Shown here in pieces: positions 36,549 to 45,100 of a stretch of DNA of 64,000 nt. The DNA is taken from positions 9,168 to 73,167 of the IMG/VR virus record IMGVR_UViG_3300045974_000100; one strand, 5' to 3'. Under the pieces are notes generated by a model. It did no database searches. It was given only the letters and a program-made list of their open reading frames with translations, and had not been told where the DNA came from. Numbering within the stretch: the stretch's first letter is position 1; every line of letters starts with the position of its first letter. The translations under genes and the position numbers were made by a program. The DNA is from a virus.

Positions 36549-37532
36549 ATGCCTACGTCACCGTTCCAGAGCGACCTGCACGTCAACGCCCCGTTGACCA
36601 ACGTGTCGATCGCCTACATCCAGTCTTCGGACGTCTACATCGCGGACAAGATCTTCCCCAAGGTCCCTGTCCAGAAGCAGACCGACGTCTACTGGAAGTA
36701 CAGCAAGTCCGATTGGCGTCGTTCGGACGCTCAGCTTCGTGCTCCTGGCACTGAGTCCGCAGGGACCGAGTGGAAGAACACGACTGACGTCTACAGTGCC
36801 AAGGTTTACGCCTTGCACCACGACATCGACGACCAGACGCGCGCCAACGCGGACAGCAACTTCCACCTCGACTCCGACGCGACTGAGTTCATCACGAACC
36901 AGATGCTTCTCAAGCGCGACATCGACTGGACGACCAAGTACTTCCAGCCTGGTGTGTGGGCGAACAACAAGGTGGGAACGACGGACTTCACCCAGTGGGA
37001 CGCGGCCGGGTCTGACCCGATCGACAACGTCACCGACTGGATCCTGCAGTTCCGTCTGCTCACCGGCTACACGCCGAACAAGATGATCATGGGCGCGCAG
37101 GTGCTGAAGAAGTTGAAGCAGCACCCGGACATCCTCGACCGCATCAAGTACACCCAGAAGGGCATCGTCACAGTTGACCTGTTGGCGACACTCTTCGAGG
37201 TGCCCGAGATCTACGTTCCGTACGCCACCAAGGCGAACACGATCGAGTTCCCGGATGCTGTCACCCAGGACGCCGCGGCGACCTACTCGTTCGTGTCGGA
37301 CTCCAAGAGCGTGCTGCTCTGCTACGCGCCGAAGTCTCCTTCGCTGCTCACCCCGTCGGCTGGCTACACGTTCACGTGGAACGGCTACCTCGGTGGCAAC
37401 AAGGAAGGCATCCGCGTGAAGCGCTTCCGTCACGAACTGATCGAAGCCGACCGCGTCGAAGCTGCCATGACCTACGACATGAAGGTCGTTGCGGCAGACA
37501 TGGGTTGGTTCGCCAGCGCAGTTGTCGCGTAA
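36549..37532 (+). CDS. Major capsid protein
   Basis: PLTNVSIAY, IADKIFPKVPV, RAPGT, W..AGSDPI, PNKMIMG, LKQHPDILDRIKY, PSAGYTF; position after scaffold and decoration genes. Confidence 0.92.
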   Translation: MPTSPFQSDLHVNAPLTNVSIAYIQSSDVYIADKIFPKVPVQKQTDVYWKYSKSDWRRSDAQLRAPGTESAGTEWKNTTDVYSAKVYALHHDIDDQTRANADSNFHLDSDATEFITNQMLLKRDIDWTTKYFQPGVWANNKVGTTDFTQWDAAGSDPIDNVTDWILQFRLLTGYTPNKMIMGAQVLKKLKQHPDILDRIKYTQKGIVTVDLLATLFEVPEIYVPYATKANTIEFPDAVTQDAAATYSFVSDSKSVLLCYAPKSPSLLTPSAGYTFTWNGYLGGNKEGIRVKRFRHELIEADRVEAAMTYDMKVVAADMGWFASAVVA

Positions 37533-37541
37533 GGACTGACC

Positions 37542-37814
37542 ATGAGCTACAAGACCACGACGGCAGTCATCAAGGCCATCAAGCCGCTTCGGTTGTCCAA
37601 CGGCGCCAACATCGCCATCGGTGCAACCTTGACGACGGCTCAGGTGCAACTGCTGGGTCGCAAACTTGGCGCTCTGATCAACGGCGGTTACGTGTCGGTC
37701 ACCCCTGACCCGTACGGCCGTGACATGTACACGACAGCGGTTCACAAGTGCAACCCTGGCCCGACGCATCTTTCGCCTGCTTTGGTGAAGATCGCTCGGG
37801 GTGGGGTCGCGTGA
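37542..37814 (+). CDS. Small post-capsid protein
   Basis: AAGGA RBS; KAIKPLRLSNG...GATL...LINGGYV. Confidence 0.7.
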   Translation: MSYKTTTAVIKAIKPLRLSNGANIAIGATLTTAQVQLLGRKLGALINGGYVSVTPDPYGRDMYTTAVHKCNPGPTHLSPALVKIARGGVA

Positions 37815-38083
37815 CGACGAAGGCCGCGGGTCCCAGTACAACTGGGGCCCCGGCCCGTCACTCGTTGTCTCCCCGCGAGGAGCGGGTGGAGTTGTTGGCT
37901 AAGGCGCAGGCCCGGTCGTCTCGATTGCCTAAGGGCGTCCACTACGTGGCGTTGGCGAACTTGCAGATGCCTGATGGTTCGGTGCGTCGGAAGGGTTCGC
38001 TGGTTCCTGAGGCGAACTCGTGGGGTCGTGTTGAGGGCTATGTGCGGGCCGGTCAACTGGCGGTTGTGCACGGCACGAAGTAA
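37811..38083 (+). CDS. Small post-capsid protein (similar pattern to the previous gene)
   Basis: GTGA overlap; YVALANLQMPDG...KGSLV...YVRAGQL. Confidence 0.65.
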   Translation: MTTKAAGPSTTGAPARHSLSPREERVELLAKAQARSSRLPKGVHYVALANLQMPDGSVRRKGSLVPEANSWGRVEGYVRAGQLAVVHGTK

Positions 38084-38095
38084 CGGAGGCTCACT

Positions 38096-38605
38096 GTGAC
38101 GTCGACGTTCTCGTACTCCGGTGATCCGTCCTTCAGCGACAACGACCAGGTCCGGTATTGGCTGCAAGATGTCTACGCGGACCGGCCGCTGTTCTCCGAT
38201 GAGGAGATCGCCTTCGAGTTCAGCCTCTACAAGGACAAGTACGCCCTCCCGCAGCTGTACACCGCTGGCCAGTTGGCTCGGACGATCTGTGCCCGGTGGG
38301 CGCGCGAGGTCGCTGTGTCTGCTGATGGCGTGTCAGTGGCGTTGTCTGCTCTGCTGACCCAATACCAAACCCTTGCCACGGTGTTGTGTGACCGGTGGGC
38401 GCAGATGGACTCCGAGGGTGTGGTCGATTGGACTCGCCTCACTGACCTCAACATCCCGGACTACACGATCGACCCGCTTCAGGTGGGCATTGGGTGGACG
38501 GACAGTCGTCTGGCTGGGCAGCAGCATTGGGGTTACATCGGCGAGGGTGGCCCGTTCCATGGCTTCGAACCGGAGTTCCTTACTCCTGGTGGGGAATGGG
38601 GGTAA
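38096..38605 (+). CDS. Head-to-tail adaptor
   Basis: FSYSGDP..SDNDQVRYWLQD...LFSDEEI pattern; GGAGG RBS. Confidence 0.8.
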   Translation: MTSTFSYSGDPSFSDNDQVRYWLQDVYADRPLFSDEEIAFEFSLYKDKYALPQLYTAGQLARTICARWAREVAVSADGVSVALSALLTQYQTLATVLCDRWAQMDSEGVVDWTRLTDLNIPDYTIDPLQVGIGWTDSRLAGQQHWGYIGEGGPFHGFEPEFLTPGGEWG

Positions 38606-38608
38606 CCC

Positions 38609-39106
38609 GTGTCGGTTCCTATGCCTGAACGGGTGACTGGGGTCGCGTTGGCCACTCAGGTGGCACGCTCCTACGCCACGAACAACATGGTGTCTGCGAT
38701 CCGTGTGGAGCGTATGGCGCAACAGCCCCTTGATCCGGTGGATAAGTCGCAGCCGATCGTGGCTATTGCGACCTTGTATGAGGGTCCTGCGCGGATCGCG
38801 GCAATCAACGGCCCGGACGTCATCATGCTCGGTGGTGGCCCTCAGGTGTTTTCCGCCGGCTACATGTCGATCCCGTTGGGTGAGGACGGTATCCGGGTGG
38901 GTGACATTGCTACAGTCACGTCGCACCAGGATCCGATGCTTGTGGGCCGGTGCTTCCGCGTCACTGATGTGCAAACGGGTACGTGGATCGCTGCGGTGCG
39001 CCGCATGCAGGTGCTGGGCATTGACCGGTCCGAGTTTACGACCTCTGTGCCTGACCCGATGCCGTCTGATCCGGCTCCCATCCCTGCGTCTTGGCTTGAC
39101 CTATGA
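38609..39106 (+). CDS. Head-to-tail stopper (DUF6093-like)
   Basis: LYEGPARI...SIP...IRVGDIATVT..DP.LVGRCFRVTDV. Confidence 0.75.
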   Translation: MSVPMPERVTGVALATQVARSYATNNMVSAIRVERMAQQPLDPVDKSQPIVAIATLYEGPARIAAINGPDVIMLGGGPQVFSAGYMSIPLGEDGIRVGDIATVTSHQDPMLVGRCFRVTDVQTGTWIAAVRRMQVLGIDRSEFTTSVPDPMPSDPAPIPASWLDL

Positions 39107-39387
39107 CCGGGCCACGTGAGCATGCTCGTCAGATGCAACAGTTCGCTGACGCGTTGCCGCAGGTGCAGGCCGCTGCTGTGGCTGCAGGCCAACTGCAAGC
39201 CGAGCAGCGAGGTATGGGCGTGTCGGTGTCCGGTGACAGGCTCACCATCACCTCGGCGATGCCGAAACTCACCTTCACCGGTAAGGGCACCCCGAAGGTC
39301 GCGGCCGCGCATAACGTCCCGGAGCGGGCGATCGCTGAAGCCATGGGCAAGGCCGGGTCTAAGAAGATCTCGGAGATGACCCAATGA
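39103..39387 (+). CDS. Neck/tail completion protein (short)
   Basis: Synteny; ATGA overlaps on both sides; GTPKV motif. Confidence 0.55.
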   Translation: MTGPREHARQMQQFADALPQVQAAAVAAGQLQAEQRGMGVSVSGDRLTITSAMPKLTFTGKGTPKVAAAHNVPERAIAEAMGKAGSKKISEMTQ

Positions 39388-39854
39388 TCGACGCCGGTGC
39401 GTTCACCTCGTACCTGATCACGTTCCTGGGAGCGAACACCACGGACGTCCTCATCGGCGACGGAGTGACTCCCAAAGGCGGAGGTCCGCTCAAGGGTCAG
39501 CCGGGGGTGGAGGGTTTCGCGCCGTACATCGTCCTCATGCCCACTCGCATCGTGCAGGACGGCCAGGACATTCTTGGGGCTTCGCTGGCGTGGCGGCTCA
39601 CGTACTCCTATGAGGTATTCGGTGGGTCCCGTAAACAGTGCGACGCCATCCTCACCGACTGCCGGGAGGCGTTGGATGAACTGTTGGTGTTGAAGTTCCA
39701 GGTTCCTGGCACGGGCACGCAGCACTGGGGTGGCAATTCGTTGAACTGGCGTGAGTGGGGTTCCCCAGCCCGAGATGACTCAACCCAGCCTTATTCCTTC
39801 CGGGCGGTGGACAGTTTCACCCTGTTCGCAGCGATTACCGGCGAATCGGTCTAG
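39384..39854 (+). CDS. Tail terminator
   Basis: IGDG..P, PYIVL, GGSRKQCDAI; precedes the major tail gene. Confidence 0.7.
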   Translation: MIDAGAFTSYLITFLGANTTDVLIGDGVTPKGGGPLKGQPGVEGFAPYIVLMPTRIVQDGQDILGASLAWRLTYSYEVFGGSRKQCDAILTDCREALDELLVLKFQVPGTGTQHWGGNSLNWREWGSPARDDSTQPYSFRAVDSFTLFAAITGESV

Positions 39855-39898
39855 AGCGCACTACCCTTCCAAATAGGTTCCCAACTTAGGAGTCACCG

Positions 39899-40753
39899 AT
39901 GGCACGCATCATCCCGAACGCGAACACGTGGATCGGCCTTCTTTCGGCGGATCCGTCTTCAGCCACGTACGCGGCAGACCTTGCAGTGGTCACTGTCGCC
40001 CTGGCGAACAAGGCGAACCCGACGGTTGCGGACCTCACTGCGTCGCACAACATCACCCACTCGATTCAGGGCATTGACCCGAACGTGACGGGCAACATTC
40101 TCCCCACACCGGCTCTGGACAAGTTGTTCGAAGAGTCGATGATGGGCACGTCGAGCGGTTCGATCACGGGCGAGATGTACCGTGACGACGTCGACGACTA
40201 CGCCTGGACTCACTTGAAGAAGGGCACAGTCGGCCTGATCTACATCAGCCGCTTCGGCACCGCTGGTCTTCAGCCCGTCGCTGGTCAAACCGTGGAGGCC
40301 TGGCCGTTCCAGGTGTCGGCGCGTACCGCCCAGGGCCTGGCCAACAACACGGTGCAGACGTTCCAGTTGAACGCCGCTGTCCCGTCCGAGCCGATGATCG
40401 ACGTCACTGTTGTGGCGACTGCGCTCACCGTTCCGTCCGCGCCTCTCAACCTGGTTGCGGCGAAGGAAGCCACTGGCGTTCTGGTCCTGGACTGGGATGC
40501 TCCTGGCTACAACGGTGGTTCGGCCATCACCGGCTACGAGATCTGGGGCATCAACGCCACTGGTTCTGGTGCTCTCACCTCGGCTGGTCCGTTCACCACG
40601 AAGCTCACGTCGGGCTTCACCCAGCCGACCGGTTCAACCACGGCCCGCATCACAGCCCCCGCTGCCGGTGTCTTCAACTGGTACGAGGTCAAGGCCGTCA
40701 ACGCCCAGGGTTCCTCGGCGTTCTCCACCCCGGCTGGCGCCAACTCCGCCTGA
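39899..40753 (+). CDS. Major tail tube protein with C-terminal fibronectin type III domain
   Basis: PTVADL...G.IYISRFG...GQTVEAWP; VPSAPLNL..LDWDAPGYNGGSAITGY...YEVKAVNAQGSS. Confidence 0.88.
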   Translation: MARIIPNANTWIGLLSADPSSATYAADLAVVTVALANKANPTVADLTASHNITHSIQGIDPNVTGNILPTPALDKLFEESMMGTSSGSITGEMYRDDVDDYAWTHLKKGTVGLIYISRFGTAGLQPVAGQTVEAWPFQVSARTAQGLANNTVQTFQLNAAVPSEPMIDVTVVATALTVPSAPLNLVAAKEATGVLVLDWDAPGYNGGSAITGYEIWGINATGSGALTSAGPFTTKLTSGFTQPTGSTTARITAPAAGVFNWYEVKAVNAQGSSAFSTPAGANSA

Positions 40754-40763
40754 TCCCCGCAGA

Positions 40764-40806
40764 CCACAGCGCCCTCACTGCTCCCGAGATCGGTGGGGGC
40801 GTTGTG
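40764..40806 (+). terminator. Hairpin after the major tail gene
   Basis: CACAGCGCCCTCACTG / CGGTGGGGGCGTTGTG stem. Confidence 0.7.
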
Positions 40807-40836
40807 CTGTCTGGATAACGGTGGGAGGCTCAGGGT

Positions 40837-41253
40837 GTGACAACACGACAGATCGATCCTGAACTCGTCACACGATGGGTTCGACACGCTGAGCGGTACT
40901 CCGAGAAGGACTTGCTCATTGCTTTGTACGTCCACACACGATCGTTGGAGATCCGCATGACTGACCTCGAAACTGCTGTAGCCGACCTTCAGACCGCCGT
41001 TGCTGGCGTTGCTGACCGTGTCGGCCCCACCGTCGATGCCCTCAAGCAGGCCGTCGCTGATGCCCAGACCGCTCTCGACAACGCGAACTCGGCTGATGCC
41101 GTAGAGGACGCTGCTGCCGCCCAACAGATCGCTGACCTGCAGGCGGCTCTCGATGCTCTCACCGCAGCTGGCACGACCGCGGCCACGGCCATCGAGGCCA
41201 ACGTCGCGTCCCTCAACACGATCGCAGCGCCGGCGGCACCGCCTGTCGCATGA
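40837..41253 (+). CDS. Ala-rich coiled-coil protein
   Basis: GGAGG + GTG (alternative ATG at 40957); heptad repeats. Confidence 0.7.
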   Translation: MTTRQIDPELVTRWVRHAERYSEKDLLIALYVHTRSLEIRMTDLETAVADLQTAVAGVADRVGPTVDALKQAVADAQTALDNANSADAVEDAAAAQQIADLQAALDALTAAGTTAATAIEANVASLNTIAAPAAPPVA

Positions 41254-41324
41254 ACTCGACCCTGATCACGGTTCTTGTCGTGGTCGCAGTAATCGCGTTA
41301 GTGATCTGGATCGTCAGACGCTGA
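41250..41324 (+). CDS. 24-aa single-TM peptide (MNSTLITVLVVVAVIALVIWIVRR)
   Basis: ATGA-coupled; fully hydrophobic with an RR end; followed by a hairpin. Confidence 0.65.
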   Translation: MNSTLITVLVVVAVIALVIWIVRR

Positions 41325-41335
41325 TGTAGCGCCTT

Positions 41336-41367
41336 CGCCCCTGGTTCCTTCATTGGTTCCGGGGGCG
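41336..41367 (+). terminator. GC-rich hairpin
   Basis: CGCCCCTGG / CCGGGGGCG. Confidence 0.5.
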
Positions 41368-41423
41368 TCGTGCTGTCTGGAGTAGTGTCTGGCCTGTAGA
41401 ACCGCTCACTACAGGAGGAAGCA

Positions 41424-41819
41424 ATGCCCCCACGCGCCAAGTCGTTCTCATTCGAGGACTTCATCTCCAAGCCGATGCGCAACCGCACGTACACGATGGA
41501 CTCCGGTGACAACAAGATCACGGTGAAGGTTCAGGCCATCGGGTCGAAGGCGTGGGAAGCGCTCATCGCCGAGCACCCGGCCCCCAAGGGTCAGAAGCAG
41601 GAACCCAACGAGGGCCCGACCCCATGGGACAAGGACACGTTCCCGGCCGCTCTCATCTCGGCGTGCGTTGTGGAACCGGCCATGACCGTGGAGCAGGCCC
41701 AGCAGGTATGGGATTCGGACAATTTCTCCCTCGGTGAGAAGCGGGACCTGTTCCAGGCGTGCATCGGCATCTGCCAGGACGGCCTCGATATCCCTCTTCA
41801 GAAGCCGGCTGCGGGCTGA
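41424..41819 (+). CDS. Tail assembly chaperone
   Basis: WEALIAEHP, DTFPAALISACVVEP..T; position before the tape measure gene. Confidence 0.8.
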   Translation: MPPRAKSFSFEDFISKPMRNRTYTMDSGDNKITVKVQAIGSKAWEALIAEHPAPKGQKQEPNEGPTPWDKDTFPAALISACVVEPAMTVEQAQQVWDSDNFSLGEKRDLFQACIGICQDGLDIPLQKPAAG

Positions 41820-42171
41820 CCCCACCTTCTATCTGGAAATGTCGTGGTGCACTGACCATGGCCTTCCGCATTCGGCGTTGTTTGAGTGGGAACAGGCAGA
41901 CCGCGGCAAGTTGATCGCGTACCTCATGGAGTCGTCCTCCCGGTGCCAGACCTGTGGCACATCACCGTGGGAGTGGGACGAGATGACGAACAACCTCAAC
42001 GCCCCGTATCTGCCTGTTCACACGACGTGTATGGGCTGCCAGATGCTCGAGCAGGCTCGGACGTCGAATGAGGAGTTGCCAGCGGGCACCCGCGTAGTGT
42101 TGGAACCGGCGGAAAAGGCTGCGGTGATCTTGGCTGAGAAGGATCGACGGATGGCCCAAGCCCGACGGTAG
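41797..42171 (+). CDS. Tail assembly chaperone second frame (GT-like), or separate ORF from ATG 41839
   Basis: +1 frame relative to the TAC; W...DRGK..AY...RCQTCG...W...CMGC. Confidence 0.65.
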   Translation, partial: FRSRLRADPTFYLEMSWCTDHGLPHSALFEWEQADRGKLIAYLMESSSRCQTCGTSPWEWDEMTNNLNAPYLPVHTTCMGCQMLEQARTSNEELPAGTRVVLEPAEKAAVILAEKDRRMAQARR

Positions 42172-42180
42172 GAGGTTGGC

Positions 42181-45100
42181 GTGTTCGATCAGGACGTCAC
42201 GACTACGTTCAATGCGGACATGTCGGGCTACTCGGCCTCTCTGCACCAAGCCATTGCCCTGTCCAACCAGTACGCCGACTCCGCGGACACGATGCTGGGG
42301 TCCCTCGGCAAGTTGAACATCGCGTCGTCTCTGCTGATCAAGTCGTTCGCGGGCCTGACGCAGTCGAACAAGATGGCCACATCCCAGGCCGCTGCCTACC
42401 AGCAGATGCTCGAGGGCGTCAGTGCGACGGCTTTGGCGGCCGGTCAGTCCATCACTGGGGTACAGAACGCCACGTTGAAGTTGGCCCGCTCGTACCCGAT
42501 CGGTATGGGTCAGGCCGTCGCTCAGACCAAGCAGTTGCAGCAGTCCGGTGTGGTGACGGCTAAGGCGATCCAGCAGCTCGGTGTCGAGTTCACGAAGTTG
42601 GGTGCTGCCACTGGCACGTACGGCCCGGCGTTGGGTGACTCGTTCCTGCAGTTGACCCGGACGATGGGTAACTCGATCAACCAGGTCGGCAAACTGGGCG
42701 ACTCGTTGACCTCGGTGACGGCCAAGTACGGCGCCAGCGCTGCCTCGGTGGTCCAGTTCTCCAAGGCCATCGCTCCGGTCGCGTCGATCGCCGGCATGAC
42801 TCAAACCCAGGTCATGGGTATCTCCACCGCCTTCTCCCGGCTCGGTGATGACGGGTACCGCGCGGCAAACGCGTTCAACAAGATCGTCCTGGATATGACG
42901 CGGTCGATCACGTACGGCACCCCTGAGGTGAAGTCCTACGCTTCCGCGCTGAACATGACCACGGACCAGATGACCCGGTTGTTCAAGACCGATCCGTCGG
43001 CGTTCATCGTCAAGTTCACCAACACCATCAACACCCAGGGTGTGAAGTCGATCAAGACCTTGGACCAGTTGGGCTTCGACGGCCTGAACACGTTCAAGGC
43101 GATCCAGACGTTGGCGAAGTCCGGGGACCTGCAGGCTGTCATCAACACGTCGGTGTCGTCGTTCGGTAACGGGTCGACGAACAAGGCCGCCGGCGAAGCC
43201 ATGGGCGGGGTCAACGACAAACTGTCCAAGTTGCAAGAGAACATGAGCCAGACGGTCGCCGCTACCGGTAAGCCGTTCCTTGGCTACATGGGCAGCGTCT
43301 TGGATGTGGCGAACAGCCTGTCTGAGGCCGTCAACAAGATCGCTACTTCTCCGCTGGCTCAGACGTTGCAGACGTGGGGTGCGGGTTTCAAGTTCGTCGC
43401 TACTGCCGCCATGCACCTGGTCACAGCGATGACGTTGATCGGTATGGGCCGCGGCATCGGTATGAAGATCGGCGCCTCGGGTATGGCTGCGAACTTCATG
43501 AGCGGGTTCCGCAACCCTGAACTGGCCCGGTCCGGTGGCATGGTCTCCGGGATGGGCGGCATAGCTGCGATGCCTCTCATGGCATATCGCAATGCCGGCG
43601 GTGGTCCTGGTGTGTTCCGCATGGGTGGCCGGATGGCGATGAACACCTCGTCGATGTTGATGATGGCCAACGCGAACATGATCAACGGCGGCTGGGGTAA
43701 GGGCTCTGTGGTGGGTGCGCAGCGGATGCGTGCTGCTGAAGATGTGGCGCACTACCAGCAGACCGGCATGTGGCCTGTGCGGCAGACCGCCGCCAACCCG
43801 GTCCTCACTCCGTACGCACCTGGCATGGCTCCGGCTGAGGGCGAAATCATCGGCGGTCAGAAGGTCACCAAGTGGCAGGCCGCTGAACTGCGGTTACGGC
43901 AGCAGGGTGTGGTGGCCAAAGAAGGCTTCATGGGTGAGCATTCGGTGCGGAACTTCGGCCGGGCGTTCGCCTACCAGGGTGCTGCTACCGGCATGGCTGG
44001 CGCTCGCATCGCTGGTTCGGGTCTCAAGGGCATTGGTATGGCCGCTGGGATGCTCACTGGGTTGCCGCTTCCTGCGGTAGGTGCGGTGGCCGGTATCGGT
44101 GCTGCGGCCTATGTCGGGGACAAGTTGTACCGCGACGCCCAGCAGAAGGCCGCTGATATCCGTTCGATCGCCACTGCGCAGACGGTGAACACGGCGTTCA
44201 ACAACTTCGCTGAGAAAGCCGGTACCGCCACCCGCAGCCTCACAAGCTTCTCCACGATCGTCACCGAATCGACGATGAAGTTGGCGAACCAGTCGACGAC
44301 ATGGTCACAGGCTGGAAAGCTGTCAGCTGCTCAGTTGTCCTCGGCTAAGCAACCGTCCTACAAGGCGTCCTACACGACTCCGAAGGGTGTGTACGGTTCG
44401 ACCGACGTCGCCACCTGGATGGGGTTGATGTTGGGTCCGAACCCGACAGCTCCGGAAGTGTCCAAGGTCGGTCAGGACATTGCTGCGCGTACTGGTCAGG
44501 GCCCTGATGTGGCGCAGGCGGCGTTGGCGAAACTGACGGGTCAAGGCACCGGCTACAGGGGTGTGGACCTTGGCTCTATGAGTGGGACGATCGGCCGGCT
44601 GGAAGGTAACCAGGGCCTGTCGACGAAGTTCTACAAGCAGGTCGGTGAGTACGGGCGCAACGCTCAAGCCCAGGCGCAGCAGACCTACGGCGACAAGGCG
44701 TCCTCTGGGGTGGGCTTCTCTCAGGGCGCCCAGTTGTTGAAGTCGATCGTGGCTGCTGAGCGTGCCGGCAAGTTGGGTATCAACTCACGTAAGCAAGGTT
44801 TGGCGCAGGTCGCGGCGTTCATGGGGTTGGACAAGACCGGCCAGCAGCAGTTGCAGGACGCGTACCAGGAGTCTCGAGCGAACTTGGTCGTCGGCCAGGA
44901 AAGCAAGTACAACTTCTCCCTCGGCAACGTCCGGTCGGGTCTGTCGGGCACGTCCCGGTCGACGTTCGACGCGAACAAGGGCTACACCAGTCAGGGTGGC
45001 TATGCGGCTAACCCGGCGTCGTTCGCTGAACTGACCTCGGATGCGAAGACGGCCATGTCGACGGTGGTGAACTTCGCCAACGTGTTCGGCAAGCAGGGCG

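Noticed and set aside
36558-37841. 427-aa minus-strand ORF
   Set aside because: Antisense to the major capsid gene.
41962-43752. 596-aa minus-strand ORF
   Set aside because: Antisense to the tape measure gene; R/H/L-rich shadow composition.
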